Below, one piece after another: positions 1 to 8,273 of a stretch of DNA of 64,000 bases (within the stretch, counting starts at the first letter, position 1; each line of letters starts with the position of its first letter). The stretch is from a virus. Below the pieces are notes generated by a model. The model worked only from the letters and a program-made list of their open reading frames with translations, was not told the DNA's origin and ran no database searches. The translations under genes were made by a program, and so were the position numbers. The stretch is taken from IMG/VR virus record IMGVR_UViG_3300021964_007043; one strand, given 5' to 3'.

Positions 1-475
1 CGTCGTCATCAGTAACTTGGGTTTCATAGTTAACTGTACCACTTACTGTAATAACTCCAGTACCACTGTTTATTAAATGTAAATCACTACCAGCAGTGTT
101 AATATGGTTTGTTCTAATGCCACTTACTGCACCGCTATCTAATCTAAATGCAAACAGACCTCCTGTATTAACAGGATCTGTAAGATTATCGTCATAGACC
201 ATAAATGCATTTAGTAAAGTGCCACGGTCAATTTCAATACCAGAACTGTTTGACGGATCTGTAATACCGGCGCCAACTTCTCCTTTATTAAGTACAATAA
301 TATTGTCCTCAATAGTCATATTAGTTGTATTAACTGTAGTAGTTTCTCCTAATACAGTTAAATCGCCGGTTATTACAACTGTTCCTTCTTCTGTGCCGGT
401 GTCGAGAGTTATTTGACCACCATTTTGTACTGTGATCTTATAATCTCCGCCATCAACTCTAAAGAACTTTGACAT
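1..475 (-). CDS. Virion structural / tail-fibre-like protein, truncated by the window edge (not in ORF track)
   Basis: ATG at 475, 10 nt after the stop of ORF 485..847, open to position 1. Translates MSKFFRVDGGDYKITVQNGGQITLDTG...GDLTVLGETTTVNTTNMTIEDNIIVLNKGE...SGIEIDRG. The GDLTV.G.TT.V...IED motif also occurs in ORF 50774..52681. Confidence 0.75.
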   Translation of the reverse strand, partial: MSKFFRVDGGDYKITVQNGGQITLDTGTEEGTVVITGDLTVLGETTTVNTTNMTIEDNIIVLNKGEVGAGITDPSNSSGIEIDRGTLLNAFMVYDDNLTDPVNTGGLFAFRLDSGAVSGIRTNHINTAGSDLHLINSGTGVITVSGTVNYETQVTDDD

Positions 476-484
476 GTGTTATCC

Positions 485-847
485 TTAGATTGCTGTTAGA
501 CGTAATACTGTGTCAGTTGAATCGTCTTCTAGTTCCCATGTATAACGAGTGTTATCAAAGTCGACTGCTGTTCTATTGAATAGTTTTTGTACTACTTTGC
601 GTCCGCCGCCTGTATCCATTGCTTCAATAACCATTTCGCCTGCTGCGATAGATGCTGTTGCTTTGTTAACTAAACGACATACTGCTGTTGCAGTACCTGC
701 ATTGTTAGATACTGTGAACTTGTTAGTTCCTCTTTGGTCTACAATGTATGCTTTTTCATCGATACCACCATCTACATATGCACGAACTGTAATGTTAGTG
801 CCGTCTGCTGGATCTCCGAAGTTTCTTTTATTTACTGGACGTCCCAT
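485..847 (-). CDS. Hypothetical late protein (120 aa), possibly structural
   Basis: AGGAGA RBS before the ATG; TAAATA late promoter about 90 nt upstream. Confidence 0.8.
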   Translation of the reverse strand: MGRPVNKRNFGDPADGTNITVRAYVDGGIDEKAYIVDQRGTNKFTVSNNAGTATAVCRLVNKATASIAAGEMVIEAMDTGGGRKVVQKLFNRTAVDFDNTRYTWELEDDSTDTVLRLTAI

Positions 848-849
848 TT

Positions 850-932
850 GTTTCTCCTATTTTGACGTTCTAAGTCTACGCGGTTGAACGATCTTCCGCA
901 TAAGTCCTCTTCATCGAGGCTCTTTCTCGACA
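850..932 (-). promoter_or_regulatory. Structured 5' UTR with alternative pairings (candidate translational switch)
   Basis: Stems UCGAG/CUCGA and UAUGCGG/CCGCGUA. The loop CGUUC can pair with downstream GAACG, which overlaps ACGUC, itself complementary to GACGU in codons 2-3. Confidence 0.4.
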
Positions 933-936
933 ATAG

Positions 937-944
937 TATTTATC
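937..944 (-). promoter_or_regulatory. T4-like late promoter (GATAAATA)
   Basis: TAAATA core just downstream of a terminator and upstream of ORF 485..847. Confidence 0.65.
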
Positions 945-950
945 AAATAA

Positions 951-984
951 AGAAAAAGCCCGACACAGTTAAGCATCGGGCTTT
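951..984 (-). terminator. Intrinsic terminator of the small RNA unit
   Basis: AAAGCCCGA/TCGGGCTTT stem followed by a U-tract on the minus strand. Confidence 0.8.
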
Positions 985-993
985 ATAAAATAA

Positions 994-1199
994 GGGTGGG
1001 TGAAGGACTTGGGTTTACCTCCAACTAAGCGTCCAGATACCGTTTCATCTATCGCCTAGAACCTCAGTTCTGCTTAGTATCGCAGTTTGCGTACTGCTTG
1101 TCTCCAAACTCTACGCCGGGCACTACCCCTAACCAAGTGCGCTTATCTCCTCTAGAGTGGAAATTATTAGCGCCAACCCATATAACAACGTCTTGTTAT
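994..1199 (-). ncRNA. Stand-alone structured RNA of about 200 nt (possibly manA-like)
   Basis: Lies between a sigma-70 promoter and a terminator, with no ORF in the track. Helices GCGCU/AGCGC, AUUUCC/GGAGAU, GCACU/AGUGC, GCAGU/ACUGC, and ACUAAGC/GCUUAGU enclosing AGAAC/GUUCU and AGAU/AUCU. Family label is from memory only. Confidence 0.7.
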
Positions 1200-1205
1200 A
1201 TTATT

Positions 1206-1233
1206 AATATAACATCATACAAATAAAAGTCAA
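1206..1233 (-). promoter_or_regulatory. Sigma-70-type promoter TTGACT-N16-TATATT
   Basis: Near-consensus -35 and -10 boxes directly upstream of the RNA; the -35 box overlaps the TGA stop of the 28-aa ORF. Confidence 0.6.
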
Positions 1234-1316
1234 CCTTTTTTTAATAAAAAGTTAATCTTTTTTTCACGATATTGTTTGATTAGTCTTTTGAAGTACCAAA
1301 ACGTTAATCGATCCAT
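1230..1316 (-). CDS. 28-aa basic peptide downstream of the glutamine riboswitch (MDRLTFWYFKRLIKQYREKKINFLLKKG)
   Basis: AGGAGAAG RBS just before the ATG; open frame to TGA; too short for the ORF track. Confidence 0.65.
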   Translation of the reverse strand: MDRLTFWYFKRLIKQYREKKINFLLKKG

Positions 1317-1344
1317 TACACTTCTCCTAGTTAAAGGTTAAAGT

Positions 1345-1388
1345 GCGTTCCTTCGCAGTATGCTACTTCCGTCCCGTAGGATGAACGT
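1345..1388 (-). ncRNA. Glutamine riboswitch aptamer (glnA class)
   Basis: ACGUUC-A-UCC(UACG)GGA-CGGAAGUA-GCA(UAC)UGC-GAAG-GAACGC: P1 CGUUC/GAACG, P2 with a UNCG tetraloop, the CGGAAGUA/GAAG E-loop core and P3. Matches the glnA-motif architecture. Confidence 0.85.
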
Positions 1389-1393
1389 AAAAA

Positions 1394-1399
1394 TATTTA
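1394..1399 (-). promoter_or_regulatory. T4-like late promoter (TAAATA) upstream of the riboswitch
   Basis: TAAATA 5 nt before the aptamer, right after the capsid-gene terminator. Confidence 0.65.
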
Positions 1400-1404
1400 G
1401 TCAT

Positions 1405-1431
1405 AAAAAAAGGCCCCGTAGGGCCTTTTTT
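1405..1431 (-). terminator. Intrinsic terminator after the major capsid gene
   Basis: AGGCCC(TACG)GGGCCT hairpin with a UNCG loop and a 7-U tract. Confidence 0.9.
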
Positions 1432-1451
1432 CGTTTTAGTTAAGTTATAAC

Positions 1452-2624
1452 TTAGCTGAAGCTTAGGTTACCACTGTTAACTTCTACCTTTTCTAGGTAG
1501 TCAGCTGCGTTACCTAGAGATGAAGCAGTATTTGATAGCTCAACATATCCATAACGTGTCATGAATGAAACTGTTGGCTCAAATGTGCCTGGATCTAGGA
1601 CAACACCTGAAGACATTAGTGGGATATATGGGCAGTAGAACGCTGCTGCGTCTGACTCGCTTGAACCCTTATAACCAACTAGTACGTCATCATCTGCTGC
1701 ATATGTGTTAACGTAAACTTTCATTGCGTTGTTCAATGTACCAACCATTTTAGTGTTTGTTGGTGCTTCGAATGTACCTTCAGTTGTACGTGCAAATGCT
1801 GATGTTGTTGCTGACTGTAGAACAGTTAGGATAGCTGGAGATACAACTGCCCAGTTACCTGCACCGCGTCTTGTACGCTGTGCAATACGGTTTGCTGCTC
1901 TGTTGACTAGAACTGCAAGTGCTGCATGCTCGTCACCAACAAAAGTAGCTGTACCGCTAACTGCTGCTTGGTTGAATGTATCTGTACCAGTACCAGCAAG
2001 AGTACTTAGAGATGCTAGGACCTCTTGGTCGATTTCAGCAGTAATCTCTTGAGCAAGTGCTGCCATGATTTCTGCTTCAACATCGATACCGTGCTGTGAC
2101 TGTGCATCCTGTGCTGATTCAAATGTCCAGCGAGCTGATAGCTTTCTGGATTTTGCTTCTACAGTTTGCTTCAAGATTTGAATGCTTAGTCTGTTTCCAG
2201 CTTCGCCTTCTAGTGCTGCTGTTGCATCAGCTTTTGCAGTTGTTGCATTACCTGAATATGCTTCAGCAATCTTGAATGGTGAAAGTGCTTCTTCACCAGC
2301 TACTGCACCAGCTGCACCTGTACCTGCTGTGTCGCTGTAGCGAACACGTAGAGTATGGATTTGACCAACTGGACCAGTCATTGGTTGTACACCAACAAGT
2401 TCATTTGCAATGACTGTTGGCATAACACGTCTGATCACTGGAAGGATCACACGATTTAGTGTTGCGACGTTACCGGCGGATGTAGCACCAGCTGTAGCAG
2501 TCTCTGACAAATACTGTCTTGTATTTTCTAGAGTAGCAGCCATAACTGACTTCTTGTTGCCTTGAAGGCCTTCAAGTAGTGCGCTCTTTGTATCCTGCCA
2601 GCGACTTTCTAGTAGTTCTGACAT
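1452..2624 (-). CDS. gp23: Major capsid protein (T4 gp23-like)
   Basis: Motifs LPVIRRVMPTVIANELVGVQPMTGPVGQI, AKSRKLSARWTFESAQD, YCPYIPL, FMTRYG. Confidence 0.97.
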   Translation of the reverse strand: MSELLESRWQDTKSALLEGLQGNKKSVMAATLENTRQYLSETATAGATSAGNVATLNRVILPVIRRVMPTVIANELVGVQPMTGPVGQIHTLRVRYSDTAGTGAAGAVAGEEALSPFKIAEAYSGNATTAKADATAALEGEAGNRLSIQILKQTVEAKSRKLSARWTFESAQDAQSQHGIDVEAEIMAALAQEITAEIDQEVLASLSTLAGTGTDTFNQAAVSGTATFVGDEHAALAVLVNRAANRIAQRTRRGAGNWAVVSPAILTVLQSATTSAFARTTEGTFEAPTNTKMVGTLNNAMKVYVNTYAADDDVLVGYKGSSESDAAAFYCPYIPLMSSGVVLDPGTFEPTVSFMTRYGYVELSNTASSLGNAADYLEKVEVNSGNLSFS

Positions 2625-2634
2625 TATTATCTCC

Positions 2635-3729
2635 TTAATTTAATCCAGCTAAACGACGAATGTCAACTACGACACCATCATCTGCTGTTGAACTAACGTT
2701 AGTTGTGTTTTCTCTATTGCCTGTTATTTCTTTTGCCTCTGATAGGACCTTCTTCTTGGCTGGAGTGTTACCGTCGATAACCGCTGGTAGGTACTTGTCA
2801 AACTGTGTACGTAAACGTGCAGTTTGAACTGATTCCAGTAAGTCTGTCATAATCTCTCGTTGGTCTTTGCCTAGTGGCGCAACCAACTCGTTCATAATCT
2901 TTTCACGTTGTGCTGATTCAACTAAACGCTGCTTTTCTTTGTTTGTTGATTCTGCTAGTGTCTTTGCTTTCGCAGCAAATGCTTTTGCTTCTGCAAGTTG
3001 CTTGTCTTTAGCAGTAAGTACTTGCATTAGTTTTGCAGTTTCTGAATTTTCATTTAAATATGAACTTCCATATTCTGCTGCAAATGCTTCGAAGATTTTA
3101 CGACCAAAGTCGTTTCTACGTGCTGTGTCAATATCTTCTTTAAGTGAGGTAATCTCTGCTTTAAGAGTTTTACCAACCATTTCTGATACTGCTGTAGCAC
3201 TTCTTTCGATAAAGTTAGCTTTAACTTTAGCGAAGTGATTCTTAGCTTCACGTACTAAACGTACTTTTGTTTCTGCTAAGTCTTTCTTGTCTTCGTAGAA
3301 CTCTGCAATTTCGTTCGATAGGGCGTCTACTACAAACTCTTCTAGCTTTGCATAATTCTTATGCATTGCTACTTTGTCTGTACGTAGTTCTTGGATTTCT
3401 TTTTGTAGTTGCTCTACAACAAAACCCTTTAACAGATCTGAATTTTCACGCATTGCAATAGCATATTTGGCTTTCGCCTCAGCTAGTTGCGCACGATCTT
3501 CTGCAAATTCAGTAATTTCTGCTTCTAGACGCTCAGAAAGCATCGAGTCGATAGCTTCAACCATAGTTGACTTATCATGCTCATACTTTGCTGCAAATTC
3601 TTCGCGGAGTTCGGCTGTTACGGCCTGCTTATTTTCACGAACTTTTGCTTCCCAAGCTTCTTCGATTTGTGCCCTGACTTCTTCGTTAACTACATCGTTT
3701 TCAAAGAGTGTCTTCAGTGCATCTATCAT
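2635..3729 (-). CDS. gp22: Prohead core scaffold protein (gp22-like)
   Basis: Coiled-coil, E/K-rich; lies between the protease and the capsid gene. Confidence 0.85.
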   Translation of the reverse strand: MIDALKTLFENDVVNEEVRAQIEEAWEAKVRENKQAVTAELREEFAAKYEHDKSTMVEAIDSMLSERLEAEITEFAEDRAQLAEAKAKYAIAMRENSDLLKGFVVEQLQKEIQELRTDKVAMHKNYAKLEEFVVDALSNEIAEFYEDKKDLAETKVRLVREAKNHFAKVKANFIERSATAVSEMVGKTLKAEITSLKEDIDTARRNDFGRKIFEAFAAEYGSSYLNENSETAKLMQVLTAKDKQLAEAKAFAAKAKTLAESTNKEKQRLVESAQREKIMNELVAPLGKDQREIMTDLLESVQTARLRTQFDKYLPAVIDGNTPAKKKVLSEAKEITGNRENTTNVSSTADDGVVVDIRRLAGLN

Positions 3730-3743
3730 TACATTCTCCTAGT

Positions 3744-4367
3744 TTATTGGAGTTTGTTGATTATGTTAATCAACGACTCTTTTAGATACTTTTGTGCCTT
3801 GTTATCATGTTTTGTTGCCTGAGCTAGTTCGTATGCCTGATATCCTCCGCGAGCGTTCATTAGGTGCTCGTAAATTGGTGTTGGATATGCACCAGGGGCG
3901 CTAGGCTGTGCCACAACGTCCACGGTGATTATTTCAAAGTCAGAGACGGTATTGCTACCGTCTTCTGAAACATTTCCGCTACCTCTTGATGAAACGCCTA
4001 GTTTGACGCCGCTTTCTAGCATTGTTTTAACTAGTTGTCCCATTGGAGTAGGTAAAATTTTAAGTTTACCGTAACCGTTTGCATCATCCATCCAGCATTC
4101 GCTGATCATATGACTTACACGGTCTAGGTTAATGTTAAGGCCTTCCGGATGATCAACTTCTCCGAGAACACTATATCCTCCTTGTATTTGATCATTGAGA
4201 GTTTTGACAGCCCTGCCAATTTCATTTACAGGATACACACGCTGATTAGCATTGCGTACTCCTCCTTGTATCATGATACCTTTCATGTACAAGTCTTTCC
4301 CTTCATTAGCAGACTCAACAACCAATTTAGCTTGGTCGAATGTCAAATGCTCTCGTAAGTTTCTCAT
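3744..4367 (-). CDS. gp21: Prohead protease (gp21-like)
   Basis: Motifs NANQRVYP, LGEVDHP, KLGVSSRGSG, DVVAQPSAPGA. Confidence 0.95.
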   Translation of the reverse strand: MRNLREHLTFDQAKLVVESANEGKDLYMKGIMIQGGVRNANQRVYPVNEIGRAVKTLNDQIQGGYSVLGEVDHPEGLNINLDRVSHMISECWMDDANGYGKLKILPTPMGQLVKTMLESGVKLGVSSRGSGNVSEDGSNTVSDFEIITVDVVAQPSAPGAYPTPIYEHLMNARGGYQAYELAQATKHDNKAQKYLKESLINIINKLQ

Positions 4368-4391
4368 TCAAACTTCCTTATATTATACTGC

Positions 4392-5369
4392 TTACTTGCC
4401 TACAATAGACTTTTTATTGTCAGCAGTCTCTGGCTTGCCCTTTTTCTCAGCGCCGTGGCCAGGTTCGGTTTTGCCAGCTTTCGCTGCTTTACCACCAGGA
4501 ACGTTAATGTTCTTGGTATTCATATCCTTAGCGTTCTGATCACTTAGTGCAGAACCTTTAAGGTTACCTTTGTTAGCTTCTACGCCTGCTTCTGTACCCG
4601 CTTTTGCGATGTTAGCAGTTGTTCCGCCCATGTCATTTTTACCAGCTACTATTGACTTAGCGTTTGCGCCGTTGTCGCCCATTGTTGCTGATACTTTATC
4701 TACATACTCACGCATTTGATCACGTGCGCTTTTTGGTTCGTTTGATGCTTCTTCAACTTCGTCATCTGACTCGTCAACTTCTTCATCTGCTGCTTCGTCA
4801 ACTTCTTCGTCGTCTGATTCAAATGCATATGCTTCTTCTTCTGGTGCTACGTCTGTTTCTAGATCATCAGCAGCATCGCCACCCATGTCATCATCGCCTT
4901 CGTCGTCACCTTCGTCGCCAGCCATCATTTTTTCAAATTCTGCTTTTAGATCTTCTAGCGCATCTTCTAGGTCTTCAACACGATCTTCAACATCGCCTTC
5001 GTCGCCTTCTTCGTCGCCTTCTTCACCTTCGTCTTCGTCATCGCCGCCCATGTCCATGTCCATGTCCATTGGGTCTGCTTCAACTTCAAACTCATCTAGA
5101 TCAAAGCCTTCGTCAACTTCTTCGTCTTCGTCGTCGTCTTCGTCTGCTGTTTCGTCTAGGTCTTCGTCTGACTCATCTACTTCTTCGTCAGCTGCTTCTT
5201 CTACATCTTCATCAGATGCTTCTTCAACGTCTGTTTCGTCTTCTAGTAGTGATTCGTAAATATCTCTTGATTTTTCTACCACAATCTCGTGGAATAGCTC
5301 TTCTGCGCCATCCTTATCTTCATTGATAAGACGCTCAAGCATTTCTTCAAATTTGTTGCGATCTGCCAT
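4392..5369 (-). CDS. Highly acidic prohead core protein (gp67-like by position)
   Basis: D/E-rich with repeated VDE/VEE motifs; lies between portal and protease; TAAATA at 5423-5428. Confidence 0.65.
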   Translation of the reverse strand: MADRNKFEEMLERLINEDKDGAEELFHEIVVEKSRDIYESLLEDETDVEEASDEDVEEAADEEVDESDEDLDETADEDDDEDEEVDEGFDLDEFEVEADPMDMDMDMGGDDEDEGEEGDEEGDEGDVEDRVEDLEDALEDLKAEFEKMMAGDEGDDEGDDDMGGDAADDLETDVAPEEEAYAFESDDEEVDEAADEEVDESDDEVEEASNEPKSARDQMREYVDKVSATMGDNGANAKSIVAGKNDMGGTTANIAKAGTEAGVEANKGNLKGSALSDQNAKDMNTKNINVPGGKAAKAGKTEPGHGAEKKGKPETADNKKSIVGK

Positions 5370-5489
5370 TTTTCAACTCCTATAAATGTTTGTACGCCTA
5401 CAAGGCGTGGGCTGTCATATATTATTTAACAAAAACTACGTATATATAGAGGAAATAGGCTCAAAACGAGCCGTTTTATATGCAGATTA

Positions 5490-6245
5490 TTAAATATTAA
5501 AGATTTTCTTAAAATCTTCAATACTTATATGCTCTAAGTTAGGTATTTTTTCAAACTCTTTAGGGATATAGTTTGGCTCCCCCAACACTCTTATATATCT
5601 CTTTTTACTAAATTTCTGGCAAGTTATACAAGTTTGTTTGAGCCAGTTACCGTGATAAGTTGCGCCATCATGTGGTTTTTTATAGTTAAAGGTTCCTGCA
5701 TATAAGTTATTAACTTTTGTATTGTTTTCTAAGCCTACATAATCAAAACCTAAAATATAGATTTCATTATTTTTATGTTCACTTGCTAAGTGTAAAGCTG
5801 TCGGGCCACTACTCCATCCTTTACTTGGACTAAAATAACTAAACCCTGTAAACTTAGTAAATGCTTTGTTAGGATTTGTCCATACTTCGTGATTTTTTTG
5901 ATAACCAGCTTTGTTTATTTCGATTATCATTTTAGTATCCACAGCAACTAGATAATCAGGTTCAAACTCCCTGTACATAGCATTGCAACCATATATTGTT
6001 CCGTAACTTTGTAAATGTTCTAAAGGAATACTAGCCCTACTATATCCATTTCCTATAACAAATGCAACTCCATTCTTTGGTCTAGGTTTACTAGTTGTAG
6101 GTATGGATTTTTTTGAAGATATGTGTTGAGCAGACTTTTCTTGAAGATCTTTTATTCTACGATCATTTGCTTTTTTCGCACGGCGCTCTTCGCGTATTTG
6201 CCGCCATTCTTCTTTTGTGTATTGAGACTTATCTACTTTTGCCAA
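5490..6245 (-). CDS. Maf/DUF115 (MptE-like) fold protein, putative nonulosonate-type glycosyltransferase
   Basis: Motifs FVIGNGYSR, YGCNAMY, PDYLVAVD, SSGPTALHLA, IYILGFDY; basic N-terminal extension. Confidence 0.55.
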   Translation of the reverse strand: MAKVDKSQYTKEEWRQIREERRAKKANDRRIKDLQEKSAQHISSKKSIPTTSKPRPKNGVAFVIGNGYSRASIPLEHLQSYGTIYGCNAMYREFEPDYLVAVDTKMIIEINKAGYQKNHEVWTNPNKAFTKFTGFSYFSPSKGWSSGPTALHLASEHKNNEIYILGFDYVGLENNTKVNNLYAGTFNYKKPHDGATYHGNWLKQTCITCQKFSKKRYIRVLGEPNYIPKEFEKIPNLEHISIEDFKKIFNI

Positions 6246-6248
6246 CTA

Positions 6249-6497
6249 TTACACTCCGCCAGCCTCTGCATTCGCAGCAATGCCGTACATCTGCTTAACG
6301 AACTCAAGATCTCTCTTGCTTTCTTCGTTATGTAGTTCACTTGCTTTACGTATGCGATTAATCTGACGTAGTGTTAGTTTTGTTTTACGAGTATCACTTT
6401 TCTTTACAATAGAGTCATCTGAATCAGCCTCGTAGCGTTTATCGTCTACAGGATCAATAGTTTCTCTATCAAAGTAAAAAAGTTCTCTTAGTATCAT
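6249..6497 (-). CDS. Small head-module protein (82 aa)
   Basis: ORF immediately after the portal; perfect TATAAATA at 6503-6510. Confidence 0.75.
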   Translation of the reverse strand: MILRELFYFDRETIDPVDDKRYEADSDDSIVKKSDTRKTKLTLRQINRIRKASELHNEESKRDLEFVKQMYGIAANAEAGGV

Positions 6498-6505
6498 GTT
6501 AGTAT

Positions 6506-8263
6506 TTATACAGTTTGGTCCGTTGCAGGTGCTGCTGCTGCGCCACCTACTGGTTGATCAGTTGCACTTTCAGGTCCTGCGCCTGCGCCTGCATCTACAG
6601 GTGCTTCGCCTCCTTCAGCTTCGTCTTCGATTCCTCCTAGGTCAGTTCCTAGTGCAGCACTAGATACGCCTCCGCCTCTTAGTTCTGCTGCGGCATCTCC
6701 AGGGATTGGATCTAAGTTCTCGTCATTTTCTTCACGCCACATACGTTCGTTTTCTGCAAGTTCCTCTTCTGTTAGTCCTAAGAAACGCTTTAGTGCAAAG
6801 CGATTTGAAATATAAGGTATTGCTGCCATTTGTGTATAAGTTGGTACACGAGCATTATCAATCTCTGATTGACGGTATGCAGCAAAGTTTTGTGGTGGTT
6901 GAAACTTAAGATCAAACATTGCTGTATCAATGTTGATTCCTTTTTCTAGTAAGTAGCGTTTAAACTCTTGGCTAAACTCTTCTACAACTAGATTTTGTAG
7001 TCTCTCACAATAAGTGTTAAATCTTAACTCTTGGATGTAAGCAGTTCCGACTCTTCCGTCATTGTACTGGCTAGCACTGTCGTCAGCGCCGGTAGGTAGG
7101 TAACTGCTAGGAATTCGTAAACCACGTACGAGCTTATTAGTAAAATATCTAAGATCATCAATCTCTCCAAGATTAGTTCCTCCTGGTAATGTTTCAACCT
7201 TTGATCCGCGACCTTCTGCAGTCTGCGGGAAGAAGTAATCTTCGTTGATTGACAGCGGATTGTATGAACTGTCTATGACATTAGTGCCTCCGCCTGTTGA
7301 CGATGGGATCCTTCTTTGATGGATTTCTGTCTTAACACGTTCTACAAACTGCATCGCTAAGTGCGATGGCATGTTACCCACATCAACGTAGAATACTCTG
7401 CGCTCTGGCGCACGTTGGACACGATAAATGATTATCGCATCTTCAAGCAGTTCTTTCTGCTTATAAACTTTAAAGATAGTTTCTAATAGACTGTTGCCAA
7501 ATGGATAGTTGTTGTCTAATCCTTCTGATAAACTTAGATGAACTACGTGTTGTGCATCAATAGTTACTTCGTTATCATCTGTGCTAAATCTTGTACCACT
7601 TGAACTTGCTTGTGGCTGTCCTACCATTCCTCTAGCATTACCTTGAGGCATATAATCTGTGCCATAACCTCTACCACCTGGGCCACTACCTGTAGTGTAC
7701 GGTGTAGTTGCTACCATTTCTTTGAAGTTAAGATTTATATTCTTAACAACATATTGTTCTGGTGTTTTGCCTTCTGATTCGTTTACAATAATACGTGTTA
7801 CGTTTGCAGGATCAATATGAAACCATTTCTTAGTTTCAGGATCTCTTACAAAAAACTGATCGCCATATTTAAATGAATTTCTTAGTATACGGAATATTCT
7901 TGTTTCAAACTTTTGTAACTTACACCATTGTTGTAAGTACTGTTGAATAATTTGTACTTCTGAGTTTGTTGCTTGCTGTTTAAAATCAATAAGAAATGGT
8001 GTTTCGTTTCTTTTATTTTTTTGTGTGCAAAACTCTGCAAGAATATCTAGTGCAGCATTTACTTCTGAATCCATATCCATAGTATTATACTGGCCGTAGC
8101 GTTCAATACGATTTGGTGTTCCTGTATATACATCTGGTAAGAAAGATGAATAGTTGCTTTTAGCAGGACCAGCTAAACCTCCACGATTACTTCCAAGAGG
8201 ACTATATGATCCGTCTATGTTATCTCCTGTTGGCACAGGTGTAAAATATTTTTTCCAACTCAT
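6506..8263 (-). CDS. gp20: Portal protein (gp20-like)
   Basis: Motifs LLEDAIIIYRVQRAPERRVFYVDVGNMP, EDYFFP, GSKVETLPGG, LRIPSSYL. Confidence 0.97.
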   Translation of the reverse strand: MSWKKYFTPVPTGDNIDGSYSPLGSNRGGLAGPAKSNYSSFLPDVYTGTPNRIERYGQYNTMDMDSEVNAALDILAEFCTQKNKRNETPFLIDFKQQATNSEVQIIQQYLQQWCKLQKFETRIFRILRNSFKYGDQFFVRDPETKKWFHIDPANVTRIIVNESEGKTPEQYVVKNINLNFKEMVATTPYTTGSGPGGRGYGTDYMPQGNARGMVGQPQASSSGTRFSTDDNEVTIDAQHVVHLSLSEGLDNNYPFGNSLLETIFKVYKQKELLEDAIIIYRVQRAPERRVFYVDVGNMPSHLAMQFVERVKTEIHQRRIPSSTGGGTNVIDSSYNPLSINEDYFFPQTAEGRGSKVETLPGGTNLGEIDDLRYFTNKLVRGLRIPSSYLPTGADDSASQYNDGRVGTAYIQELRFNTYCERLQNLVVEEFSQEFKRYLLEKGINIDTAMFDLKFQPPQNFAAYRQSEIDNARVPTYTQMAAIPYISNRFALKRFLGLTEEELAENERMWREENDENLDPIPGDAAAELRGGGVSSAALGTDLGGIEDEAEGGEAPVDAGAGAGPESATDQPVGGAAAAPATDQTV

Positions 8264-8273
8264 GTTCTTTCCA

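Noticed and set aside
994-1199. tRNA or tmRNA call for the small RNA
   Set aside because: No cloverleaf with canonical D/T loops, no GGUUCGA-type T arm, no CCA end and no tag reading frame.
5394-5411. Hairpin CACGCC/GGCGUA in the 5' UTR of the acidic core gene
   Set aside because: A single short stem with no alternative fold or recognisable motif; insufficient evidence for a regulatory element.
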